A stretch of DNA of 63,493 nucleotides, the filler included, from Chlamydiia bacterium (GTDB lineage Bacteria > Chlamydiota > Chlamydiia > Chlamydiales > FEN-1388): NCBI GenBank assembly GCA_903848235.1. It is 5 parts of 5 records of this genome, joined end to end, with 100 filler letters (N's around TTAATTAATTAA, not from the genome) between each part and the next. Parts side by side here need not be neighbours in the genome. Positions count along the whole stretch, not along the records: positions 36,157 to 57,163 come from CAINFV010000168.1; 4 more parts are not named here. One strand, given 5' to 3'. The notes under the pieces are model-generated. The model was not told the origin of the DNA. It searched no databases and worked only from the letters and a program-made list of their open reading frames with translations. Positions within the stretch are counted from its first letter, which is position 1; each line of letters begins with the position of its first letter. Positions 41,771 through 52,300 of the stretch are shown piece by piece. A program made the translations under genes and the position numbers.

Positions 41771-42676
41771 ATGGGATGTATATGTCGTTCGGTCTTAGAG
41801 CCTTTTGACTTTTCCGTCGATACCATCTCGCATCTGCAACTTCCTCAAGCAGTCTCTTTGGTTGTAAAAGGCGTTCATATATGCCATTTTTTAGGGCGTG
41901 CTGTATCGCGCCTAGAGCTGAGGCAACATCATCCTGGCCTTTACCTGACAGGGGTGCTCACAAATGCGCAACTTGGCGATACGACGTTTGTCAAAGTGGC
42001 AGCACAGATCGTCCGTGTTGCACAAGTCCTCTTCTCGGTAGTAGAAGAGGGGGGGAGGTTGGTGCATAGCTGCAATCGGCTATTGGAGTCCTGTTCTCTT
42101 CCCACATGGATTTCTATCCCCTATATGGGAAATCGTCTTGCAAGCAAGGAATGGGATCTTCAAGAAGGACGTGCGCCTTCTGTCCTGTTTCTTCCATGGC
42201 CGCTGGCTGTTATCGCCTCCCGTATCATGCTCATTGTCATGAGAATTGCTGCAGTAGCATCCCACATATGGCAGCTCAGCCTGTTTCTTTTTGAGCTCAA
42301 TGATGCTGTCTTGATAAATCCTTATACGCAATCAGAGGTGATCGATGACCTTTTTCTTAACCTTCAGGACATCTCGGATCAGTTTATCAGCAAAGAGAGG
42401 CGTCTGTCGCAAGCAGTTGCAGAGCATCGTCAATGGATTGATGAACTGATGAAGCTAGCGCGTGTGGATTGGTCGGCAGAAAAACTCGTTTCAATCCTCA
42501 ATGGCTTTGCAGAGAAGGTCGAGGGTATCGCGAATGCGTGTGCTGCTCCTGTGCAATCCCTAGGGCTCATAGCAAAAGGGGCTTCTGCCGTCGCTTCTGC
42601 ACTGACGACCGGCTATTCATCAAAACCGACCTCTGTACAACATGGGTCATCTGAACATGCGGAGTATAACTCATGA
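41771..42676 (+). CDS. Hypothetical protein, probably membrane-associated
   Basis: 301-aa ORF with a hydrophobic stretch; ATGA overlap with the sixA-like gene. Confidence 0.65.
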   Translation: MGCICRSVLEPFDFSVDTISHLQLPQAVSLVVKGVHICHFLGRAVSRLELRQHHPGLYLTGVLTNAQLGDTTFVKVAAQIVRVAQVLFSVVEEGGRLVHSCNRLLESCSLPTWISIPYMGNRLASKEWDLQEGRAPSVLFLPWPLAVIASRIMLIVMRIAAVASHIWQLSLFLFELNDAVLINPYTQSEVIDDLFLNLQDISDQFISKERRLSQAVAEHRQWIDELMKLARVDWSAEKLVSILNGFAEKVEGIANACAAPVQSLGLIAKGASAVASALTTGYSSKPTSVQHGSSEHAEYNS

Positions 42677-43152
42677 AACTTATTCTTCTTCGACATGCCT
42701 TGCAGGAATCCTCTAGCATGCACATGCAGGGATCGCCAGGTCTTTCTCTTAAGGGAAAAAAACAGCAGCAAAGTACGAACCAGTATCTTCTGGAAAATGG
42801 TGTTCGTTTAGGATGTATCTACTGCTCGCCAGTGCGACGCGCTGTAGAGACAGCACAGATGGTGGGAGAGTGTTTTTCGTGTCCCGTCGTCACTGAAGAG
42901 GCTTTAGGAGAGGGCTTTCGCGAGGAGCGACTGGTGGATATTGTTCTAGATTCTCCCCACGATGCGATCTGCTTTATTGGGCATGCGCCGACGTTGCCAA
43001 GCTTTGCCCAGATGCTAGTTGGGGACAAAGAGATTCCAGACATTGGCAGATCGTCAGCGCTGATTCTTGAAGTTGACAAGAGCGACGGTAAGCTTGAGTG
43101 TCTGCCTCTTCAATATATCACTCCTGACGGTGTTGCGCAGGAATTTCAATGA
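42673..43152 (+). CDS. sixA: Histidine phosphatase, SixA-like
   Basis: LILLRHA, SPVRRAVETA and IGHAP. Confidence 0.8.
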   Translation: MKLILLRHALQESSSMHMQGSPGLSLKGKKQQQSTNQYLLENGVRLGCIYCSPVRRAVETAQMVGECFSCPVVTEEALGEGFREERLVDIVLDSPHDAICFIGHAPTLPSFAQMLVGDKEIPDIGRSSALILEVDKSDGKLECLPLQYITPDGVAQEFQ

Positions 43153-43181
43153 AGACTTGCGATGTACGCCAGATGCGCCAG

Positions 43182-44225
43182 TCAGATCTTTGGATGGTCT
43201 TCATCTGCGCGATCTAGTTTTTTCTCCCATGGCGCCGGTAGTGGATAGTATTCGTTAAAAAAGGAAGAAAGAAGCGAGAGTGAAAGCGGATTTTCGTCGT
43301 CCGCACCGTCCTGTATACAAAAAAACCGAGGGCGATCGAGGAGGAGTTTTTTGAACATTTTTATGTCATGAGAGGGGTCTGCGCCGAAGCTCAGGGTCGT
43401 CCTCTGATCAGAAATCAGTTCTCCATGCCCTGTATAGAGGGCGGCATATGGGATCAGCCCATTGGTGATGGTATAGTCATGAAGAGATCGGAACCGATGG
43501 GAGGAGACCGCGGCAAAGATTGTCGAAAACTGTTTTTCTAAAGAAGCGACGAAGGATTTGAGAGTAGGATACGGGGTATGTGCATGCATATACCGAGACG
43601 CCGGCTCATAGGTCGCGTCAAGAAGGGTTCCTGTATTTTTCGAAGCTGCAAAAAACCCCTCTTCTCCTGGCACCGGATCTCCAGTTGGGATCCTTCTCTT
43701 TGACAGGAAGATCTTCATCTTGTCCTCAGGAGTGAAATAATCTTGAGGTGTGGTAGGGGCTCCTAAGAACACATCATCATTAAAATACAGGTAGTGTTCC
43801 TGAAGATTGGGGATGTTGTGGAGATGGCACTCGATGGCCATGGAATTGAAGGTCGGCAGATCATTTGGATTGGTAAAGATATCTTGATGATCAACGATGG
43901 AGATCATGGACGTTTCTTTGAGCCAGGTCGGCCGTTGCCCGAAGGTGACGATATAAATGTGGTTGACCCAAGGGGCAAATTGGTAGATAGAACGCAGTGA
44001 ATACCGTAATTCATCATGATCTTTAAACCGGCGCTTAGCGACCGCCCTAGCAGTGACTTCCCCAGGCGCTTTCTGTGAGTATTTTTCCAACAGCGCTTGC
44101 CATTGAGGATCAGAGCCATCTACCCACGTATAGACGACATCAATCAAGTCGGTTCCGAACAGAGAACAAGATACGATGATGAAGATGAGAAGTGAGGTAA
44201 GAAATGAGATGGAGGGTTTTCTCAT
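43182..44225 (-). CDS. Stealth-family hexose-1-phosphate transferase
   Basis: CR1 IDVVYTWVDGSD; CR2 ELRYSLRSI..APWVNHIYIVT..PTFNSMAIE..YFNDDVF; CR3 HTPYP..RFRS; CR4 FFCIQD..PAPWE. Confidence 0.9.
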   Translation of the reverse strand: MRKPSISFLTSLLIFIIVSCSLFGTDLIDVVYTWVDGSDPQWQALLEKYSQKAPGEVTARAVAKRRFKDHDELRYSLRSIYQFAPWVNHIYIVTFGQRPTWLKETSMISIVDHQDIFTNPNDLPTFNSMAIECHLHNIPNLQEHYLYFNDDVFLGAPTTPQDYFTPEDKMKIFLSKRRIPTGDPVPGEEGFFAASKNTGTLLDATYEPASRYMHAHTPYPTLKSFVASLEKQFSTIFAAVSSHRFRSLHDYTITNGLIPYAALYTGHGELISDQRTTLSFGADPSHDIKMFKKLLLDRPRFFCIQDGADDENPLSLSLLSSFFNEYYPLPAPWEKKLDRADEDHPKI

Positions 44226-44268
44226 GCGAATCTCTCGTTAAGGGCAGCTTGTACAGGCGCCAAGGTTA

Positions 44269-44433
44269 GGGGACGGGAAAGAAATAACACAAACGATTCA
44301 GCAGAGCTTAAGATCAACTGGTCTGTTGATGATCGCCTCCTCGTCCATAGTACACTATAAGGCTCGTCACGATCGTCAACATCCCAAACGTCTCTCCTCA
44401 CTCGAATCGTTCGCCTTATTTCTTTCCAGTCCC
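44269..44433. mobile_element. MITE family B (165 bp, TTA target duplication)
   Basis: TIRs gggacgggaaagaaataa / ttatttctttccagtccc flanked by TTA; interior similar to the 39459 copy. Confidence 0.8.
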
Positions 44434-45255
44434 TTAGTGCACGTGTTTGCGATATGCTTTAAGACGCTCGACTTTTTGCAAGGCTTTGATAATGAGAACG
44501 CCTAAACGAATATGGTCCGGCATAAAGTTTGTAAAAACTGCTTCGCTGCTGTCTTTTGTTTTTGCTCCTCGAGGTGTCAGAGGAAGATCTGAGATGAGCA
44601 ATAGTGCTCCAAGAGGCAGGCGATGGCTATAGCTTGCTGTAAAGAGTGTGGCGCATTCCATCTCAACGACTTGCGGTCGAGTTGTTTGCAGGCGAGTTCG
44701 AAAATCGCTGTTGAACTCCCAGAATCTCTTATTGGTGGTGTGTGTGATACCTATATGATGGACTTTTTTTTCTTGTTCGAGAATCGCAGAAACTACTTTT
44801 TGTACGGAAAAGTTGGCGAGAGCTGGTACTTCGGGGGGGAAGTAGAAGTCCGAAGTGCCGTCTCCTCTGATGCTTGCAACAGGGACAAAGTACTCTCCGA
44901 CACGATACTCTTCGCGAAGCCCTCCGCACATTCCAAGGAGGAGAGTGGCGTAAATTGGGAGGAAAGAACAGAGATCGACGACTAATGCTGCGGCAGGGGA
45001 TCCAATTTTGAAATCCAGCATGGAAATCCCAAGTTCCTTAGAATGAGCGACCTTAAACATTGCTCCTTCATAGGAAGTGGTGTTATAGGTAGCTGCAAAC
45101 TGGTCAACATATCGTGGAAAGTTGGTTAGGATAAGATAGGGCTGGAATTCTCCGACGGGAGAACCAGAATATCTCTCCAGAGTGTCTTTGGCTACCTGCT
45201 TTTGGTGCTCAAGCTCTTCAGGAGGAATTTCGTCCGAAAATTCTTGCATAGTCAC
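44434..45255 (-). CDS. amn: AMP nucleosidase (short, chlamydial type)
   Basis: TLERYSGS, YLILTNF, GMCGGL, RGDGTS and EMECATLF; near tkt as in Chlamydia. Confidence 0.9.
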   Translation of the reverse strand: MTMQEFSDEIPPEELEHQKQVAKDTLERYSGSPVGEFQPYLILTNFPRYVDQFAATYNTTSYEGAMFKVAHSKELGISMLDFKIGSPAAALVVDLCSFLPIYATLLLGMCGGLREEYRVGEYFVPVASIRGDGTSDFYFPPEVPALANFSVQKVVSAILEQEKKVHHIGITHTTNKRFWEFNSDFRTRLQTTRPQVVEMECATLFTASYSHRLPLGALLLISDLPLTPRGAKTKDSSEAVFTNFMPDHIRLGVLIIKALQKVERLKAYRKHVH

Positions 45256-45289
45256 TGATCTCTCTTCATGAAGGAACTATCAATTTTTG

Positions 45290-45886
45290 TTAGCCCGAGT
45301 GTACACGTTTAGGTACGCGCGCTACAAGAACATCGTTGGGAATATAGCCCTCGTCAAAAGTAATAACGTAGTGAGGATTAATCTCTTTCACCTTGTCGAT
45401 GATCTGTTGCTTGGATATTCCGTCAAACCACCATGTATTGCAGCATCGCATATCATCAATAAGAATTGTATGGGTCTTTATGGGGTGTTTTTTTATCTGA
45501 TCTAACTCGTCGAGAATAGGGGTATTCTTTGCTCCTGGAATCTTCTCTCCTCCGGAGTAGTGGGCGTCGAGCCAGAAAGTGATAGGTTTGTGGATATTTT
45601 TTATAAGGGCATAGAGCTTTGTTTCTGAATTGCCTTTGACTATCTTGACCCGTGGTTGTCTGGCGAACCTCTTTTGAGCCTTGGCGTAGAAAAACGGCGA
45701 CAATTCCATTGAATAGATAGTCGAAAAGTTCGCCTCTAGAGCCATCTGAATGCCATCTCCGTTATACGTTCCAGTTTCTACAAAGACAGGATTTGGGTAC
45801 TTTGCAAATACCGCAGAAGTGGTCGTACCAGAACAGAAAAGTGGGAAAAGGAGGGAAAAAAGAGCGGAAACAACAAATTTTTTCAC
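45290..45886 (-). CDS. Exported class I SAM-dependent methyltransferase-like protein
   Basis: Signal peptide; FVETGTYNGDG, GNS, FWLDAH and ILIDD. Confidence 0.7.
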   Translation of the reverse strand: MKKFVVSALFSLLFPLFCSGTTTSAVFAKYPNPVFVETGTYNGDGIQMALEANFSTIYSMELSPFFYAKAQKRFARQPRVKIVKGNSETKLYALIKNIHKPITFWLDAHYSGGEKIPGAKNTPILDELDQIKKHPIKTHTILIDDMRCCNTWWFDGISKQQIIDKVKEINPHYVITFDEGYIPNDVLVARVPKRVHSG

Positions 45887-45914
45887 AATTTTTGCTCCTT
45901 AAAATAACGACGAT

Positions 45915-46634
45915 TTAACTTTTTAAAACAGCCAGTACATGCTCGCAGTGAGGTCTTCCGCAGGTGCATCCTATTGGGTCGCCTAAAAAAACTCTATATT
46001 CTTCTTGGGTGTCGAGCTTATTCGTGACTTTGTAGAGCTTATCTTGGATAGGTTCTACAATCCATTCCGAAAATTCTAGGTCTTTTTCTTCGACAGCTTC
46101 TGTCTCTTCCTCTGCCAAAATATCTGGGGTATTTGTTTCCTGTGTCAGGATGGCTTCTCGGAGAATCCTATTGATCTGGCAATACATACAATGGCAACCA
46201 GGTTCTCCCTCCGGCATCGCCATGATATCCTCGCGAGGGATGATATTCAGCAGCATCTTTACTTTTTTGACCATGTCAGGAGGAAGTTGCGGAAGATTGG
46301 CGTTATTTGGATCGTGTTCAAGGGCTTTACCAAGAGAACTTAAGGCATTCGCTCCAAGCTTTGACAACATGTTGACCAGTTCTTTAAAACCCGACCTCAT
46401 GCCTTCCATCAGCTGGCCAATGTCATCTTTCTGATGGTTTGCTGTCTCTATAGATTCGGCATGGTAGGCAAAAATCTGGTCAATGGTCTCTTTAGGAAGA
46501 TGGGGGATTGAACAGGCCGTTCCGTCCTTCAAGGTGACAATGAGCAAGTCTTCTGCTACGCGGAGTGAAACGACGTATTCCCATCGGGTTGAGATAAAGG
46601 GAGGAATAGAGAAGATCTTCGTTGAAATTTTCAT
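45915..46634 (-). CDS. Conserved chlamydial protein (CT016-like) with a C-terminal SWIM-like Zn finger
   Basis: MKISTKIFSIPPFIST, CHCMYCQI and GCTCGRPHCEH; divergent from phoH. Confidence 0.8.
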   Translation of the reverse strand: MKISTKIFSIPPFISTRWEYVVSLRVAEDLLIVTLKDGTACSIPHLPKETIDQIFAYHAESIETANHQKDDIGQLMEGMRSGFKELVNMLSKLGANALSSLGKALEHDPNNANLPQLPPDMVKKVKMLLNIIPREDIMAMPEGEPGCHCMYCQINRILREAILTQETNTPDILAEEETEAVEEKDLEFSEWIVEPIQDKLYKVTNKLDTQEEYRVFLGDPIGCTCGRPHCEHVLAVLKS

Positions 46635-46812
46635 GAAGTTGACCTTTTATCGCGTCTTCATCAGTACGGTATCTTTCAGGTGAGCCAATTGTCAATCCCT
46701 CTATCGTCCTTTTTGCAAAAGTGTCGATAGTCTTTTGACTTTTTTACACTGCCTCTGCGATAGAGGTGGATAAGCGACGTACGTGTGACATTGATGAGGA
46801 GTGACAATAGAT

Positions 46813-48129
46813 ATGGCAAAGCGACAAAAAGAGAGAGAAAAGATCTTTGTTCTTGATACGAATGTTCTGTTGCATGATCCAGAGGCGCTTTACAAGTTTT
46901 CTCGACATCAGATTATCATTCCCGTAACTGTGTTAGAGGAGATTGATAGCTTCAAACGAAGTCCTGGAGAGCTTGGGAAAAACGCACGGACGGTGATTCG
47001 TCACTTGATCGAGGCGAAGGCAACAGGGGGAGGGAATCTTAGCACAGGAGTGATGCTCTCTTCAGAATCTTTATTGAGGATCTCCACAGAGATAAAAAAA
47101 GACGCAATAGGATTGCTCGATGTATCGCTCAATGATAACAAGATACTTCTTACTGCGCTTCATTTTGTCGATGAAGGGTATCGTGTTGTGTTTGTCTCGA
47201 AGGATTTTGCGCTTCGGCTAAAAGCGGAGGCCATTGGCCTTGAGTCCGAAGATTATGAGAGCCTTAAGGCTTCGTATGAAAATTTGACGCGCGGCTGTCG
47301 ATCAATTTTTGTTGAAAAGCCTTCCATCGATACGTTCTTTAAAGAAGGGAGGCTGAGCATCGCAGATGCTGTTGTGCAGCCGAACGAGTATGTTTTGTTA
47401 ACAGACGGGCAGCAGACATCTGTCATGGCTCGTTTTGACCATCATAGTGGTCTATTTGTAAAGCTGTCTCAAGTTCCCTCTATGTGGGGAATAAAGCCGA
47501 GGAATGTCGAGCAAAAGTGTGCTGCTGACGCGCTGCTCCGTGATGATGTGAAATTAGTAACTCTTCTGGGGCCTGCAGGAACAGGGAAGACGCTCATGGC
47601 CCTTGCTGCTGGGATGAGGAAGGTGTTTGACGAGGGGGTCTATAGAAAGATTCTGATCTCTCGCCCCATTGTTCCTCTCGGACGCGATATTGGATATCTG
47701 CCAGGAACAAAGGAAGAGAAGCTTTCGAATTGGATGCAGCCAATCTTTGACAACCTTGAGCTGTTGTGTGCCTCGAAGGGAGATGAGACGACTGATACTA
47801 TGACATGGGTCATTGAAAATAAGAAAATCGAAATGGAGGCGGTGACCTATATTCGTGGCAGGTCTCTTCCTAAGATGTTCTTCATCATCGATGAGGCGCA
47901 GAACCTGACGCCGCATGAAGTAAAGACGATTATCTCAAGAGCTGGCGAGGGGACAAAGGTGGTGCTGGCAGGGGATCCAACGCAGATTGACAATCCCTAC
48001 CTAGACAAAGACTCAAATGGCCTGACGTATGTCTTTGCAAAGTTTGCAGAGCAGCGGATTGCAGCCTCAGTCTTTCTAGAAAAAACAGAGCGGTCAGAGC
48101 TTGCTGCTTTAGCAGCTGAGCTTCTGTAG
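46813..48129 (+). CDS. phoH: PIN-PhoH (PhoH2) ATPase
   Basis: PIN motif VLDTNVLLHDP; GPAGTGKT, IRGRS, DEAQN and GDPTQID. Confidence 0.93.
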   Translation: MAKRQKEREKIFVLDTNVLLHDPEALYKFSRHQIIIPVTVLEEIDSFKRSPGELGKNARTVIRHLIEAKATGGGNLSTGVMLSSESLLRISTEIKKDAIGLLDVSLNDNKILLTALHFVDEGYRVVFVSKDFALRLKAEAIGLESEDYESLKASYENLTRGCRSIFVEKPSIDTFFKEGRLSIADAVVQPNEYVLLTDGQQTSVMARFDHHSGLFVKLSQVPSMWGIKPRNVEQKCAADALLRDDVKLVTLLGPAGTGKTLMALAAGMRKVFDEGVYRKILISRPIVPLGRDIGYLPGTKEEKLSNWMQPIFDNLELLCASKGDETTDTMTWVIENKKIEMEAVTYIRGRSLPKMFFIIDEAQNLTPHEVKTIISRAGEGTKVVLAGDPTQIDNPYLDKDSNGLTYVFAKFAEQRIAASVFLEKTERSELAALAAELL

Positions 48130-48674
48130 GGACAGTGTAAAAAAACATTGGACAACTACGCTGGCAGCGAATATCCATCGATTGCTTGAGCCGGCGGCTG
48201 TTGAGATGGTTGCCACTGCCCTGAAACCAGGGTTTGAAACTTGAGCCACCATGCCTACGAATGAATGGAGAGGCGTAAAGTTCCACAATCAACAATTATC
48301 TCTTTCGAGGTGACTGCAATAACGTTGATGCTCGTGAATACTATGCAAAAAGACTCGAAAATTCTTCTGTCTGGAGGGGTTTTTGACAAAAATTCTCTCA
48401 TCTTGTGCGCGTTTTATCTGTGCTTTGCAGCCTTGATTCCTGTGAATATTCCATGATAATTTCCTTCTAAATAGCTGTTGATATTCGCTTCGAGACGATC
48501 CTTGGGTCGTCTTGGAATATGCCGGAAAGCCTACAAAACGTACGCAACATGAGTTATCAGTGGTTTTTTTTTCTTCATTCTGGCATTGTTAATGAAAATG
48601 GTATTGAGAAATTCTAACATTTTTTCAGTGGTTTGATGATTGCTGAGGGCGTCATTTTTTAAAGGAGAATCAAA

Positions 48675-48989
48675 GTGGCTAGCAACAAAAAATTGTACGT
48701 AGGGAACTTATCCCACGATTTAGATAACAATGAGTTGAAAACTATATTTCAACCATATGGGGAAGTAGTATCTGCCCAAGTTATTATGGATAGGGATACA
48801 GGTCGCTCCAAGGGTTTCGGCTTCGTGGAGATGGGTAATGTAGAGCAAGCTCAAGCAGCTATCGATGCTTTGAATGGCACTGAAGCAGCTGGTCGCTCTA
48901 TTACTGTTAACGAAGCTCGTCCCCAAGCAGATCGCGGTGATCGCGGCGGGCGCAGTTTCGGTGGTGGTGGCGGCGGAAGACGCTTCTAG
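48675..48989 (+). CDS. RRM RNA-binding protein with a Gly/Arg-rich tail
   Basis: RNP2 LYVGNL, RNP1 KGFGFVEM; AAGGAG RBS and GTG start. Confidence 0.93.
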   Translation: MASNKKLYVGNLSHDLDNNELKTIFQPYGEVVSAQVIMDRDTGRSKGFGFVEMGNVEQAQAAIDALNGTEAAGRSITVNEARPQADRGDRGGRSFGGGGGGRRF

Positions 48990-49005
48990 TCTTCAACGGT
49001 TTCCA

Positions 49006-49050
49006 GAAAAATTGCTCCTTTAGAATACTGTAAGGAGCAATTTTTCCTTT
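49006..49050 (+). terminator. Rho-independent terminator, probably bidirectional
   Basis: gaaaaattgctcctt...aaggagcaatttttc. Confidence 0.8.
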
Positions 49051-49317
49051 CACTTCTCATTTTCGTGCCCTAATCTGTACGAATTTGATTCATTGTGTTG
49101 TACCTTGCAGGAAAGGCAGAATCTTAGGATTCTGCCTTTTCTGTTCCAAACCACTTTTTCAACTTGTTTGAGCATATATCGCTTCCAATTGAAAGTTGGA
49201 GTTTTTTGCCGCGTTAAAGCCTCGATCTTTGAGCCATCAAAAAAACATTCAATAGTACACTATGGGGTGTTTTTTGATGGTCAAATCTCAAGCCTTTTCC
49301 GCCATTCGGGTGTCAGC

Positions 49318-52300
49318 TTAGGTCTGGATTTTGTCAGGTATCACCTTTTTACCATCAGCGTCTCCACCTACACTAATGGTAGCAAGGTCATATTCACTTT
49401 TTTCACTTTTAACCACATTTGTACAGCCAGGTCCGGACAGTGAACTACGGCCGCCGGAGACAGGTGTTATGTCTATCTGTGTGCCGATTCTTTCCTTCAA
49501 CGCAGATACATGCGAGATGATTCCGATCAGCTTGCCGTCCTGCTGAAGAGTGGACAATGTTTCCAGAGCGCTTTCCAGAGCTTCTTCATCCAAGGTGCCG
49601 AAACCTTCATCGAGAAACAAGGAATCCACCCTGACTTTCCGACTGGCCATTTTCGATAGTCCCAGTGCCAGCGTTAGGCTGACGATAAAGCTTTCACCAC
49701 CAGACAGGTTCTTGGTCGATCGGATCTCACCGGCCTGATAATTATCAACGACATTTAGCTCCAGTGGCTGTTGTTTATCGCGGATCAACAGATAGCGGTC
49801 AGTCATTTTTTCCAGCTGCCGGTTAGCATGGGAAACCATTAATTCAAAGGTCAGTCCTTGCGCAAAGTTACGGTACTTTTTACCGTCAGCTGAACCTATA
49901 AAGCTATGCAGCTTCTCCCATCGATGATACTCTATTTTCTGGGCCTCGATAGCGGACTGCTTCCCCTTGAGCCGCTTCTTGGCTTCCATATTCTCATTTA
50001 GCTTATGCTTGAGACTGGCAATGGCATCCCGTAATTGTTTCAGGAATTCTTCATATTCTTTAACCTGTGGCTTCAGCTCCTCAAGCGTTTTGTCGGTGAG
50101 CTTTTTGGCGTTTTCAGTATCTAAACGTATCTCCCGATCATTCCGTTTAGCTCCGAGCTCAGTCCCCGCTTTATCCAGCTCCTTTGCCCGGGAAGATAAA
50201 GAATCCATTTCTTCATTGGGTAGTTTGGCCTTGAGGAACAATCTTTCATCCGCAAAGCCTGCCAGTGTCAGTCCTTCTGAGAAGTGTGTTTCTGCTTCTT
50301 TCAGTTCAGGCGCTCTCTGGTTAATGCGACTATTCATGGATTCAATATGGGCTTTCGCCGTTGTCAGTTTCTGCTGAAGTTCGGTCTTCCGGTTTCTGGT
50401 TTCTTTTTCTGCTTTTTCGGCATCCGCGATGAGGTTATTCAGAAGGCTTTCTTCTTTGTCTGGCTTTTTGTCGCCATACGATTTCTTCCGCTCTTCTGCT
50501 ACGTCGGCTAGCTGTTTTTTCAGCTGTTCCAGATTTTCTTGTTTTTCAGTCAGAGCCTTGACCTGTGTTTCAATCACGGCATCAAGACTCTTCACTTCGC
50601 TGTCGAAGGAGGCAGTCTGTTTTTCGATTTCGGTCTTTCTCTTGACATGATCCTGCCATGCATTAAGCCTTGATTTGAGAGACTCGAGAAGTGATGAGAC
50701 CGCTGATTCCGGTATTTCTGTGATGCCAAGTGGCTGGAGTTTTTCTGAAACTGCCAGTTTGAGTGTATCAAAGCCAGTCCGAAGGTTCTTTAGGATATCC
50801 TTCAATTCAGCGAGTGTCTTTTCAGCGTTCTTCTTGTCATTGGCGGCATTAGTTTCCAGTTTCTCGCTGTTATTTAGATTTTCACGGGCATTGGTTACCG
50901 CCTGTTCCAGTTTTTTGATGGAGACTTCCTGATCCTCTGCGTTAGCGATCAGCTTGTCAAGTGATTCAATTTTTTGATCAATTGCATCGGACACCGGAAC
51001 ATTGCCCTCAGCAAACGGATGTTCGGTTGAACCACAAAGCGGACACGGCTTGCCATCTTCCAGCTTGGTCCGGTGATCTTCAAGATCCTTGATCTTCTTT
51101 ATATAGGCCATTTCACGAAGCAAGGTTTCCTTCTCGTTGCGATACTCCCGGAGTAATTTGTCGCCCAGTAATTCGCTCAGGGCATCTTTGCCTTGCTGAA
51201 GATTTTTTAAAGCTTCCTCCAGCTTCTGTTTTTTGAGGGAACATTGTTTTATGGCTGCCCCCAACGACTTTGAGGCCTCTGCCACGGCCATACCGACGTT
51301 TTTGAGAGCGGTTTCTTGTTGAATAATCTCCTGTTGTCTGGCAAGCAGGTTGCTGAACTGTTCTTCAATACCGGTCAAACCACTGATCAGCCATTTATCC
51401 TGCCCGTGCTCTCTGAGATATTGCTCTGTAGCCTCCAGGTTTTTTTCGGCGTCAGTTCTTTTTTTCTGCTTTTTCACCAGAGCCTGCTTGTCCGCAGCAA
51501 TCTTTTCAGCCTCCTTGGTGCAGGTATCAGCTTCTTTTGAAACAGCCTTTGCCAGTTCGTCAGCCTTTTGATCAAGCGAACGGATTTTCTGGATCAGCGG
51601 GAGTGCTGCTTTCTGATCTTCTTTGGTTTTGATGGTGAATTTTTCAGCGGTCTCGAGAGCTTCAGCTTGTGTGGTTGCAGAGGTTTCTAACTTAGGAAGT
51701 GCGGCTTCCTCCGTTTTCAATGAAGCCTGATCATCAGCCTGTTGTTTGCGAGAGGCGGTGAGCGTGGCGTATGACTCGGCCAATGACGCAGCGTTGATAG
51801 CTTGTTCAAGACTGGTTCGTTTTGGATTGAATGCTTCAGTATCAGCTTTAAGCTTTACCTCTTCATCCGCAAGATCGAGAATTTCCTTTTTTAGATTCCC
51901 AATGGTAGTCAGCCACCTGATGGCGTCGTCGGTTTTTTTAAATTTACCAGCGAATTCAGTCTCTTGTTTCTGCTTTGCCGATAGGTCGTCCTGAATCTCT
52001 CTTTCCTGTTCTGACTCCAGAATTATAATGCCCGAGGTTTCGGCATGCAGCAGGGTTAGCTTTTCTTGCTCATCACGGTGACGCTCATGAACGCGCTGTG
52101 AAATTTCCGAATAAATCTCGGTGCCGGTAATCTGCTCAAGTATTTTTGACTTTTGCTCAATATCGGCTTTAAGGAAGGTATCGAACCCACCCTGAGCCAG
52201 TAGGACGGAACGGGTGAAACGGTCGAAATCCATCCCGGTTTTTTCTTCAATAACTCTACCGGTAAGGCTTTTCTTGGTCTCGATCGGCTTTCCGGTATCA

